A stretch of DNA of 32,590 bases from the NCBI GenBank assembly GCA_046075765.1, contig JBJTQS010000170.1, positions 1 to 32,590 on the forward strand. The letters are read 5' to 3'. Position 1 is the stretch's first letter, and each line of letters begins with the position of its first letter. Position numbers and translations under genes: made by a program. The notes below the pieces were generated by a model. That model saw only the letters and a list, made by a program, of their open reading frames with translations. It was not told where the DNA came from and did not search any database. Positions 1 to 8,720 of this stretch are shown one piece after another. Source of the DNA: Bacteroidota bacterium. GTDB taxonomy: Bacteria; Bacteroidota; Bacteroidia; AKYH767-A; OLB10.

Positions 1-893
1 CACAAAACCAACAAGAGCAACGGCACCAGGTTCACTAATGAAATAAATGCACCCATCAAGGTTATATCAGGCTTGCCGTACCCACTCATTTTGGATGCCC
101 ACCGAATGCGCTGATTCAGGATGCCTCGAATGCTCCCCATTGGTTCGGTAAGTACCAATGAATCTTTGTCTTTATTAAAAGCTACACTTGTACCCAGCTG
201 AAACATCAGGTAGGTGTCATCACCAGAAGGGTCATTGATGCCGTAGCTATAACCACCAACCCGTTCAAAAGCAGATTTTCGAAATGCCAGATTTGCCCCG
301 CTGCACAACAGTGGTGCTTCAGTGGTTATGGAAGCTGCTCCAACGGCCGATAGCACCAATTGATCCATTCGCTCGAATTTGGAAAGCAGTCCCTTTCCAT
401 TATGAATTGCAACCATTCCTGCAACCATGTTAATGGCAGGATTATGAAATTTTACGACCATTGAGGCAACCCAATGTGTCGACAACCTACAATCAGCATC
501 TGTGGTCAAAATGATGTCTCCTTTTGCAGCAGCTATCGCACGCCACAGCGCATGCTTTTTGCCTTGTGCATCTAGGGCTGCAGCTTTGACTATACGATAT
601 TCAAATTTTCCCGAGGACAATTTCTTTTCAGCAAACTCCACTGTATCATCATCCGAAAAATCATCTGAAATAATGATCTCCATTTGTTGGGATGGATAAT
701 CCTGCATCAACAAATCGTCTAACAGCCCGTCAATCCTGCTTGCCTCGTTTCTTGCAGCAACAACAACGGTTACGCGAGGTTTGAATGATATCGCTTGCGC
801 GGATGGTGAAGTTGGATAAAGCTTCCAGGAGATTGCTCGACGAAGTATCCACCATGAGTAAACTGCAAGTATCAAAACAAAGAGGATAACCAT
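1..893 (-). CDS. Glycosyltransferase family 2, processive type with Q-x-x-R-W motif; C-terminal part lies beyond the window edge
   Basis: Hand translation of the minus strand from the ATG at 893-891 gives MVILFVLILAVYSWW...RVTVVVAARNEA...SDDFSDDDT...LTTDADC...LNQRIRWASK. The frame stays open to position 1. It is missing from the ORF track because no stop codon lies in the window. It starts 11 nt after the stop of the upstream 905..1849 gene. Confidence 0.85.
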   Translation of the reverse strand, partial: MVILFVLILAVYSWWILRRAISWKLYPTSPSAQAISFKPRVTVVVAARNEASRIDGLLDDLLMQDYPSQQMEIIISDDFSDDDTVEFAEKKLSSGKFEYRIVKAAALDAQGKKHALWRAIAAAKGDIILTTDADCRLSTHWVASMVVKFHNPAINMVAGMVAIHNGKGLLSKFERMDQLVLSAVGAASITTEAPLLCSGANLAFRKSAFERVGGYSYGINDPSGDDTYLMFQLGTSVAFNKDKDSLVLTEPMGSIRGILNQRIRWASKMSGYGKPDITLMGAFISLVNLVPLLLLVL

Positions 894-904
894 TGCCGAC
901 ATTT

Positions 905-1849
905 TCAGTCCTTTATTTTGATGGAGTAGATTGCAACACCGCCGATCAATGCAGGAAGCACCAGGTTAATCAGCCACAATGCAGCGGATGCGGCCAACAC
1001 ACCTGTGGCATTCGCTGTCAACGGAGCCATCAAGAACAATGCTACGGAACCTCGAACGGTAAACTCTGTAATTGCAAAACCGGGAATAACTGCCATGAAT
1101 AAATAAACCACGGCAATGGATGCGAATGCGTCAAACCAATGTATTTGCACTCCACATGCAACCAACATCAGGTAGAACTGTGTTGTGAAAACCAGATACC
1201 TCAAAAATGACCAAACAAAAACCTTTAGCAGTAACGAATTCGAATAAGCAAATACGGGCCCCACATACTCCTTAACTGAATTATAAAAACTCGTTAAACC
1301 CACTCTTTTCCTCAATAACGGTAGCGACCAATAGACGGAAACCAAGACGAGCACCAGCATACAGAGCCAAGCTAATACCGATTCCGTTTTCATCCCGATT
1401 TGTTGGAACGGCGACTCAACATAAAAAAGTGCCACAATACCCATCACCAATGTCACCAACAGTTGAGCAAGATTACCTGGTATGCTACACACGGCAGCTT
1501 TGACCTTATTGCCGCTCGAGAAATGCAATGCCCTGCCTGCAAATTCGCCGGTTCTATTGGGCCCGAAGAGGCTGACGGTGGTACCACTCATCACCGAAAG
1601 GAATGCCCTCCACCAGCCCAATGACTCCACAGACTGAATCAACATACGCCATTTGATTGTCTCAATACCCCAGTTGACGATAAACAAGATGCAGGCCATT
1701 ATCAAAGCGGAGTAATTGACCAAAATAGATACAGGGTTTGTAAAAAGCTTGACCACATCGGGGCGGCTGTAGGCGGTATAAATGATGTAAGCCACAGAAG
1801 CTGTTGCCCCTATGATTTTCAGTGCCGAAAAAATACGCTTGTTGGTCAT
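905..1849 (-). CDS. Polytopic membrane protein, flippase-like / lysylphosphatidylglycerol-synthase TM-region (UPF0104) type
   Basis: The track ORF 905..1888 begins at a TTG. The first ATG (1849-1847) gives MTNKRIF... The protein has many hydrophobic helices and a LFGPNRTGEFAGRAL motif resembling the P-x-x-GE-x-x-R signature of UPF0104. It is co-directional with the GT2 gene and directly upstream of it. Confidence 0.6.
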   Translation of the reverse strand: MTNKRIFSALKIIGATASVAYIIYTAYSRPDVVKLFTNPVSILVNYSALIMACILFIVNWGIETIKWRMLIQSVESLGWWRAFLSVMSGTTVSLFGPNRTGEFAGRALHFSSGNKVKAAVCSIPGNLAQLLVTLVMGIVALFYVESPFQQIGMKTESVLAWLCMLVLVLVSVYWSLPLLRKRVGLTSFYNSVKEYVGPVFAYSNSLLLKVFVWSFLRYLVFTTQFYLMLVACGVQIHWFDAFASIAVVYLFMAVIPGFAITEFTVRGSVALFLMAPLTANATGVLAASAALWLINLVLPALIGGVAIYSIKIKD

Positions 1850-1931
1850 TAAGTTTACCTGGTTGGGTATGGTTACAATTTTAATCAAAAGTACGCTCCC
1901 CTAACGAATGCGTTGGCTACATTTGGGATTA

Positions 1932-2510
1932 ATGTCAGCCTCCGATCGCATTATTCTTGGAATCGACCCTGGTACAATGGTAACGGGGTATGGTATTATT
2001 CAAATTTCATCGGGCAAAATGCAAGTGATGGCCGCAGGAGTAATTGAGTTGAGTAAACTAGGCGATCATCAAGTGAAGTTGAAACGAATTTTCGACCGAA
2101 CCATAGGGTTGATCGATGAATTTTGTCCTGATGAACTATCTATTGAAGCGCCGTTCTTTGGCAAGAATGTTCAATCCATGTTGAAGCTGGGAAGAGCCCA
2201 AGGTGTAGCCATTGCAGCTGCTTTATCAAGATCCCTACCAGTGTGTGAGTATTCTCCCCGTAAGATCAAGCAATCTATTACCGGTAGTGGAAATGCAAGC
2301 AAAGAGCAAGTGGCCACCATGCTACAAACCTTATTGGGTTTCGAAGAGCTGCCTCGTTACTTTGATGCCACTGATGGCCTTGCAGCAGCTGTCTGCCACT
2401 ATTTCCAGAGCGGTAAAGCTTCTGGAAGATCGGACTCCATCAAAACAAAATCTAAGCGCAAAACGGGCTGGAAAGCCTTTCTTTCGGAAAACCCTGACCG
2501 ATTGGGTTAA
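1932..2510 (+). CDS. ruvC: Crossover junction endodeoxyribonuclease RuvC
   Basis: [18 protein letters not shown] at the N-terminus and [16 protein letters not shown] match RuvC. The track ORF starts at ATG 1908, but the second ATG at 1932 ([14 protein letters not shown]) gives the canonical short N-terminus. Either start is possible. Confidence 0.9.
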   Translation: MSASDRIILGIDPGTMVTGYGIIQISSGKMQVMAAGVIELSKLGDHQVKLKRIFDRTIGLIDEFCPDELSIEAPFFGKNVQSMLKLGRAQGVAIAAALSRSLPVCEYSPRKIKQSITGSGNASKEQVATMLQTLLGFEELPRYFDATDGLAAAVCHYFQSGKASGRSDSIKTKSKRKTGWKAFLSENPDRLG

Positions 2511-2542
2511 CTCTGTTAACCTAAATTCAAAAACGCCTAGAT

Positions 2543-2944
2543 TTAATCCAATCGAATAGCGCCAAAGATTTTGGCAGCAGTTTCTTCCATTAACTCTTTT
2601 GGAAACTGTTGCTTGGGCATCGAAAAGTTGATGTCGGCCATGGTTTGTAGAGGAACCAAATGGACATGTGCGTGAGGCACCTCCAATCCAATCACTGCTA
2701 CACCAATTCTCTTGCATGGCATAGCGATTTTCAATCCGGTTGCAACCTTTTTTGCGAAAAGCATCAAGCCGGCGTACTCGCTATCATCTATATCAAAAAT
2801 GTAATCTAATTCCTTTTTGGGAATCACTAAAACGTGTCCTAATACCAAGGGGTTTACATCCAAGAAAGCCAGATAGTGTTCATCTTCTGCAACCTTGAAA
2901 GCCGGGATTTCTCCCGCAACAATCCTTGTGAATATGCTCGGCAT
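2543..2944 (-). CDS. HIT (histidine triad) family nucleotide hydrolase/transferase
   Basis: MPSIFTRIVAGEIPA N-terminus and the histidine triad HAHVHLVP. The start ATG shares one nucleotide with the greA stop (TGATG on the minus strand). Confidence 0.9.
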   Translation of the reverse strand: MPSIFTRIVAGEIPAFKVAEDEHYLAFLDVNPLVLGHVLVIPKKELDYIFDIDDSEYAGLMLFAKKVATGLKIAMPCKRIGVAVIGLEVPHAHVHLVPLQTMADINFSMPKQQFPKELMEETAAKIFGAIRLD

Positions 2945-3417
2945 CAGCGTGAAATTTCAATCACCTCAAATTTCATGATTCCCGATGGGACTTCTATCTC
3001 GGCGATTTCACCTGGCTTTTTGCCCAACAATCCTTTGCCAATTGGCGATGTAACGGAAATCTTACCCGATTTAAGGTCAGCTTCGGTTTCTGCAACCAAG
3101 GTGTACGTCATCTCGGCCTTATTGCCCAAGTTTCGGATTTTGACTTTAGAAAGGACTGAAACTTTTGAAGTGTCAACTTTGGATTCGTCGAGGATTCGGG
3201 CAGATGCCAACAGCTCTTCCATCTTAGAAATTTTAAGCTCGAGCAATCCTTGAGCTTCTTTGGCAGCATCGTATTCGGCATTTTCAGACAAGTCGCCTTT
3301 GTCTCTTGCTTCGGCTATTTGTCTGGAAATACTTGGCCTCTCTACAGTTTTCAAGTGATTGAGATCATCTTGAAGCTTCTTAAGACCCTCTTCAGTAAAA
3401 TAATTCAGTTGCGACAT
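2944..3417 (-). CDS. greA: Transcription elongation factor GreA
   Basis: 157 aa. The motif GDLSENAEYDAAKEAQ, an N-terminal coiled coil and a C-terminal globular domain (ISVTSPIGKGLLGKKPGE) match GreA. Confidence 0.95.
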   Translation of the reverse strand: MSQLNYFTEEGLKKLQDDLNHLKTVERPSISRQIAEARDKGDLSENAEYDAAKEAQGLLELKISKMEELLASARILDESKVDTSKVSVLSKVKIRNLGNKAEMTYTLVAETEADLKSGKISVTSPIGKGLLGKKPGEIAEIEVPSGIMKFEVIEISR

Positions 3418-3433
3418 GGTATTGTTGTTGGTT

Positions 3434-3467
3434 ATAAAAAACGAAAGAAGACCCCGCGAACGGGGTC
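3434..3467 (-). terminator. Rho-independent terminator closing the three-gene outer-membrane operon
   Basis: A 7-bp GC-rich stem, GACCCCG (3450-3456) pairing with CGGGGTC (3461-3467), has a CGAA loop. On the minus strand it is followed by TTCTTTCGTTTTTT. It lies 35 nt after the stop of the 3502..4569 gene. Confidence 0.7.
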
Positions 3468-3501
3468 CTCTTGTTTATTGTAAGTACAATTAGGACTAAG
3501 C

Positions 3502-4569
3502 TTACAGCACTAAGCGCAAGCCAATGCCATGGCTGCCATCGAAGAACTCAGTGGCACGGTATGAGTAATCGATACCGAATTTCTTGCCAGATTTACCAAG
3601 AGGCAAGTCTACGGATACACCGCCGTTTAATCCAGAAAGTGCAGTCAAACGATCGTCACCAGCTTGATCTTTTTCAGTCAAGTAGCCACCACGCAATGAG
3701 AACATATCTTTAAAGCTATATTCTACACCTAAGCCATATTGATCGTAGGTGAATGAGTTGGAGGTAAAAGATCCAGCAAAAGTCAAACGATGGTTTTCAG
3801 CTGGCTTGTAATCATAGCTGGCTCCGATTGAAATCAAGGAAGGAAGTTCAAAGCGCTCTGTTCGTTGTTGAATGGTCTGCTGATAGCTGGTAACCACAGG
3901 AGGATTACCGCGGAATGACAATCCATCACCAGTGTAACGCATCGGCGTTCCAACATTCTTCAAGGATATTCCGAAGCGAAGGTTATCCTTGTCTTCGTTG
4001 AAGCCAGTTACGTATTGGATACCTGCATCAAATGCCACACCTTGTGCTTTCACATCAGATGAAGATTGTGAAATCACACGCACAGTCATGCCACCGTAAA
4101 TACTATTGGAGAATGATTTGGCATAGGATACGCCCAAGTTGAAAAACTGAGGCTTGAAGTTTCCGATTCCACCTTCAGGGTTTTCAACGGTCGTAACTTG
4201 AATATCACCAAACCCTACCGACATTACAGAAAGTGCCATTACACCGGTTTCTCCCACACGCTGAGCGAGTCCGAGAGAGTTAATCTTGATGTCGGCACCT
4301 TTCAACCAATCGGTGAAGCTATAGCTGATATCAGTCTTGGTTGTGAAGGCCAATCCAGCAACGTTGTTGAATTGTGATTCCAATCCGCGAACGTTGGCGA
4401 TGTTGATTCCTCCCCATCCGGAGCTACGGGTCCATGGATTGATTAGAAGTTCGGTGGCCCCTGCCTGTCCTGCACGGTCCTCATTGCCAGCAAAACTTTG
4501 ACTGCTGCCGGCACAGATGAGTGAAACCGCCATGAAACCGTATGCAAAAGGTTTTATAAGTTGCTTCAT
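3502..4569 (-). CDS. PorV/PorQ-family outer-membrane beta-barrel protein (T9SS-associated family)
   Basis: 355 aa with a signal peptide (MKQLIKPFAYGFMAVSLICAGSSQSFA). The N-terminal motif AGATELLINPWTRSSGWGGINIA...NNVAGLAF resembles the PorV/PorQ signature. Amphipathic strands alternate throughout. The protein ends in GIGLRLVL rather than the terminal aromatic typical of OM barrels. It is not verified by HMM. Confidence 0.65.
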   Translation of the reverse strand: MKQLIKPFAYGFMAVSLICAGSSQSFAGNEDRAGQAGATELLINPWTRSSGWGGINIANVRGLESQFNNVAGLAFTTKTDISYSFTDWLKGADIKINSLGLAQRVGETGVMALSVMSVGFGDIQVTTVENPEGGIGNFKPQFFNLGVSYAKSFSNSIYGGMTVRVISQSSSDVKAQGVAFDAGIQYVTGFNEDKDNLRFGISLKNVGTPMRYTGDGLSFRGNPPVVTSYQQTIQQRTERFELPSLISIGASYDYKPAENHRLTFAGSFTSNSFTYDQYGLGVEYSFKDMFSLRGGYLTEKDQAGDDRLTALSGLNGGVSVDLPLGKSGKKFGIDYSYRATEFFDGSHGIGLRLVL

Positions 4570-4612
4570 ATTGCTTGTGTTGTTTCTGGTTTTATGAATT
4601 CAGGATAGGTGA

Positions 4613-7600
4613 TTAGAATGTGTCAAGGTCAAGAGGTCTGGTCATACCGAACCACTTAAGCGTCTTGGTTCCAAGACCGGGAGCGTCCACATGAATCAGA
4701 TATACTCCACTGGCAACAGGGATTCCCTTGAAGTTTTTCAAGTCCCAATCAAGTGAGGTTTCGCGATTTGGGATAGACGTACTGTAAACTTGACCGTCTG
4801 AATTATCGGTTGGAACATCGCGATTATACTTACGAACCAACGTACCACCTACAGTGAAGATGGAAACAGTACACTTGGCTGGAAGATTAACAATCTTGAT
4901 TCGGTTATCAAGCTGGTTTACCTCATATGCAGAGAATGCATAGTATGGATTCGGAACCACGTTGATCAAATCGAGCGCAGATGTTGCCACTTCAGCATTG
5001 TTGGTGCTATTGGCCAAGTCATCCGTGCTAAACGTGTACATAGGTGCAAATGAACCTAAAGCGTTTGGTGAAGCATCAACCGCAACAGTACCAGCTCCAG
5101 TGAATGTGGTGTTGGCCGCAACGAAACTGTCACCAACAGTATTGTAAGTGGTACCGTTGTGTGTAACAGGAGTGCTTGCAACATAATAAGTGCTTCCAAC
5201 TGTGAGTGCCTGATTGTTCTTCAAAACATCACCTGTTGCATAAGTACGGTAGGTACGGGCTACACGGAGACGAACCTTAACATCAGATGGAATTTGATCG
5301 GGGAAGCTTAAAGAGGAATAATCAGCAGAAATCATTGGCAAGCTAACCCACATCGCATCCTTCCATACATTTCGCTTATCAGTGGAGTTTCCAGTAGCCA
5401 ATTTCGAAGCAATGAATGCACACTCATCATACATAGGAACATCAGCCGTCGGGTTGTCGGCATTGTGACCGAACACATAGATATAGTGCATACCACCGAA
5501 CAAAGGTTCATCAGAAACAGGATCGAACTTGTTAGCTGTAGGATTCCAACGCATATCACGTCCGTTTTCATCGGTTAACAAGGAATTCTCACCGAAAGCC
5601 ATATTCAAACGCTCACCGGTTTCCAAGTTAACGGCATAACCGGGGAACCAACCTAAACCAGTTCCGGTACCGTCTGGCAATCCATCTTTTCCTACGGATT
5701 GTCCTTTGCGAAGATCAAATGCCTTAGCACCACCTTCTGTTCCAAGTCCAGTGGAACCGCCACCGATTTCAATTACAGCAGCGCGAGTCCACTTGCTCTT
5801 ATCGGAAGTGATGATTACATCTACAGAGGCGATACCGGTTTTTGACAAGCCTTGAGGAGAAAGAGTTATTTGAGCTTCAGCCACAGCTGTGGTTTTAGGA
5901 CCTGGATAGTCTTTGGCAGTAAGCTTATATGGGGCCCATGTTCCACCAACAACATTCTCGTAAACTTGATCGTCATCCAAGCCATTGTAAAGCCCACCTG
6001 CTCCTGATAAAATCCAATCTTGAGGATTTGGATCGGTATCATCCACATCAACTATGGAGTTCAGCCATTCTTTGGATGGATCGGCATACTCTATTGAGGA
6101 TGTCAAAAGACCATTATTAGTAGATCCTGGCTTACCGGCTTCAATCACTGAGGCAATAGTGGCTGTCAAGCCCCATTCAGGAATTACTTGTTCATTCAAT
6201 TCGCTGATAAAGCGCTCAGCATTTACGGTGTCTTGATTTGCATCATACATATCCCAAACAGATGATGAAGCAACACCGTTGAAACGGGTTGTGAAGCTTC
6301 CACCATTTACCAGAACCGGATCGTAAACCTTCAAGTTCATTGGACCGAAACCACCAACGTAGGTAGGGTTCTTGATCTTGTAAGGAGGATTCATCAAGTC
6401 ATTGGTGTAATCAGAGGCGAAATCCAATACCATTCCTCCATTACCTTGACCTTCTATACGGGTAATGCGAGGTCCATTGCCATAATCGGAACCGAAGATC
6501 TGACCACCGTTTTCAATGGATTGATTGTGCGGGATAGCGGAGTAAGTTTTGATGTTGTTACGTCCGGCGAGGTATGGCTTCTTCTGTCCATCCAATGCAG
6601 CAGGATCGATCGGATCATACTTCTTGTATTGGTTGTAAGCATAGGACAGAACCGTGTAATAATAAGTCTTGTGGTTTACCAAGGCAGTACTTCCTGTCGC
6701 AAACAAATCCTGGTTTACGATGAATGTGTGTGATATTCCTTTGTCAGCACCATTCACTTTTTCAACTGGAACGTTAGCATTCAGATTCGGATCGAATTCA
6801 AAGTTTACCAATTGGGCTACTCCGTCTTTTATATCGCACTGATATACCAATCGAACTTTATCAGGATTTCCGATGTCGGCAGTTGTGACGGTAGCATCCT
6901 TCAATTGGAATACTTGGTAACCTTGGAAGTCAAAAGTCTTCAAAGAATCATCAACTCCAACAATGGTAGGGTCTTCTTGGGAATACAATTCAACGGCATT
7001 GGTGTTGTAATTCTGCAGTGAGAAAATGAACTTCTTATCCAACTCACGAATGGCCAAGTCAGGTGCATTTGGTCCGTCGATGAGCTTGAAGCAGTTATCA
7101 AACAACGCTTGAGCTTTGTCATCAGCCAATTTCATCAAATCAACCGAAGCAAGCGGACCACCTTGTTGAGCCTTCGCCCATACTACTCCAGTGGTTACAT
7201 AGTTAACAGCGCCAGGTGTGAGGGTGAAGGTACCAGCCGACTGAAGAAAGCGACGGTCAGCAGGAACGTTACCGGCAGAGAACTCAGACCATTCACCTAA
7301 AGTTGAGAAATTGTCAGGGTCAGTTGTGCCAGGGAACATAAAGTTACATACGGGAGCACTTGGGTCACGACCATCAGCACCATAAGTGATAGGCTGGTTG
7401 TCGCGCCAAATTCCACGCAGGTAATTATAGAAATCTGCGAAACCATTGGGGTTACCAAGTGGTGTGTTATCGTTATTGTAGTAAACAAACTTCGACATGA
7501 TGATTTGCTCTCCTAAGATGTCATCATCATAGGAAACCGTGTTGCCTAATGAATCTTCCAGGAATGTACAATCTACGCAACCATCACGATCATTATCGAT

Positions 7601-8704
7601 ACCATCGTTATTGTCAGCGATTGGACCTTGGAAAAAGTCAACACCCAAGGCAGGAGGATTTGCACCGTAACCTGATGCAGTCTCATCGTCTGCATCTCCA
7701 TTGTAACAAAATCCCAATCCGCGAGGAACATCGCAACCTACATAGTCATCCAAATAATAACCCAAATCCGGATCCACCCATTGACCGAAGTAAGTTTCTG
7801 TCAAAGTGTTTGATGAACGGTTGATGATTTGATACTTGTAGAAAGTCATGTTATTGATCTCATCGTTGGTCTTAAATCCGAAAGCTTGTGCACGGATTTC
7901 AAGACCGATAGGATCAGAGCTGGTTTCGGTGTGAGCGTTACCCACGTCATTGAATACCCACCAGATGGTTTTATCACCAAATAGATAGTCGTTACACTCA
8001 ACTTTTGGTGTTCCGGGAATGGTTGGGAATTGGTCGTTAGGATCTACATCAGGTAGCAAGTAGTAAGGATAGTCGCCATTGCGATAATCATAGATACCGT
8101 CGCCATCAACATCTTTAAAAGGCGCCAAGTACGCACCTTCGTTGGTGACATCGCTACCGTTTCCTGGCCAAGATTTGATATCGTTAGTGGCTTTGGAATT
8201 GTCGGCAATGAATGCACGAACTTCATCTTTGGTCACTTTCCAATGACGGTCAAAAGTTTTACAACGGTCGTTAGTGATCGTTACAGTTGTGGTGTCAATT
8301 GGTCCACCCCAAAAGTCGATACCGGTTTGACGGTAAGTTTGTGCCGCAACCTTTACTTGTCCACCCGCATCGATACCGCCGATCCAAAGTGAACCTGCAA
8401 ACACAGAGTGCTTACCTGAACCAATTGGTACTTCATACTTGGGGTCACTGAGGTTCCACCAAAGGTCGCCACCAACAAGCACTGTGGTGCGGATGTTGTT
8501 GATGTCCAACTCCGCCTGAGCTGTAGTTGCGTTACATGAGGCAGCGGTTACAGGGGTACCGACGCCATTCTTATTGGAGTTACCAGTAACACCGGCGTTC
8601 TCGCGGGCGAGAGCGGCTGTTGTGAAAAACACACACATCACCGCCACAGCCAAAAGGTTGATAATAGACTTAGGCTTCATCATATTCTGGGTTGTTTGAT
8701 TCAT
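4613..8704 (-). CDS. Large secreted or cell-surface protein (1363 aa) with a T9SS-type C-terminal sorting-domain-like tail; function unknown
   Basis: A long uninterrupted ORF with an N-terminal signal peptide (KSIINLLAVAVMCVFFTTAALA). It carries a Ca-binding-like acidic motif (DNNDGIDNDRDGCVDC). The C-terminal ~115 aa (VVPNPYYAFSAYE...VSIFTVGGTLVRKY...WDLKNFKGIPVASGVYLIHV...KTLKWF) resemble a Por_Secre_tail / FlgD-Ig-like CTD. An alternative start at M8 (8683) is possible. Confidence 0.85.
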   Translation of the reverse strand: MNQTTQNMMKPKSIINLLAVAVMCVFFTTAALARENAGVTGNSNKNGVGTPVTAASCNATTAQAELDINNIRTTVLVGGDLWWNLSDPKYEVPIGSGKHSVFAGSLWIGGIDAGGQVKVAAQTYRQTGIDFWGGPIDTTTVTITNDRCKTFDRHWKVTKDEVRAFIADNSKATNDIKSWPGNGSDVTNEGAYLAPFKDVDGDGIYDYRNGDYPYYLLPDVDPNDQFPTIPGTPKVECNDYLFGDKTIWWVFNDVGNAHTETSSDPIGLEIRAQAFGFKTNDEINNMTFYKYQIINRSSNTLTETYFGQWVDPDLGYYLDDYVGCDVPRGLGFCYNGDADDETASGYGANPPALGVDFFQGPIADNNDGIDNDRDGCVDCTFLEDSLGNTVSYDDDILGEQIIMSKFVYYNNDNTPLGNPNGFADFYNYLRGIWRDNQPITYGADGRDPSAPVCNFMFPGTTDPDNFSTLGEWSEFSAGNVPADRRFLQSAGTFTLTPGAVNYVTTGVVWAKAQQGGPLASVDLMKLADDKAQALFDNCFKLIDGPNAPDLAIRELDKKFIFSLQNYNTNAVELYSQEDPTIVGVDDSLKTFDFQGYQVFQLKDATVTTADIGNPDKVRLVYQCDIKDGVAQLVNFEFDPNLNANVPVEKVNGADKGISHTFIVNQDLFATGSTALVNHKTYYYTVLSYAYNQYKKYDPIDPAALDGQKKPYLAGRNNIKTYSAIPHNQSIENGGQIFGSDYGNGPRITRIEGQGNGGMVLDFASDYTNDLMNPPYKIKNPTYVGGFGPMNLKVYDPVLVNGGSFTTRFNGVASSSVWDMYDANQDTVNAERFISELNEQVIPEWGLTATIASVIEAGKPGSTNNGLLTSSIEYADPSKEWLNSIVDVDDTDPNPQDWILSGAGGLYNGLDDDQVYENVVGGTWAPYKLTAKDYPGPKTTAVAEAQITLSPQGLSKTGIASVDVIITSDKSKWTRAAVIEIGGGSTGLGTEGGAKAFDLRKGQSVGKDGLPDGTGTGLGWFPGYAVNLETGERLNMAFGENSLLTDENGRDMRWNPTANKFDPVSDEPLFGGMHYIYVFGHNADNPTADVPMYDECAFIASKLATGNSTDKRNVWKDAMWVSLPMISADYSSLSFPDQIPSDVKVRLRVARTYRTYATGDVLKNNQALTVGSTYYVASTPVTHNGTTYNTVGDSFVAANTTFTGAGTVAVDASPNALGSFAPMYTFSTDDLANSTNNAEVATSALDLINVVPNPYYAFSAYEVNQLDNRIKIVNLPAKCTVSIFTVGGTLVRKYNRDVPTDNSDGQVYSTSIPNRETSLDWDLKNFKGIPVASGVYLIHVDAPGLGTKTLKWFGMTRPLDLDTF

Positions 8705-8720
8705 TTAGGTTAGTGGGGTA

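Noticed and set aside
4613-8704. The idea that the 1363-aa protein is PorU, the T9SS C-terminal signal peptidase, because porU and porV are usually adjacent and PorU is of similar size.
   Set aside because: By eye I find none of the Peptidase_C25-like His/Cys catalytic context expected for PorU. The gene also sits downstream of a TonB-dependent-type receptor, which is not the usual porU context. An HMM search is needed for a firm exclusion.
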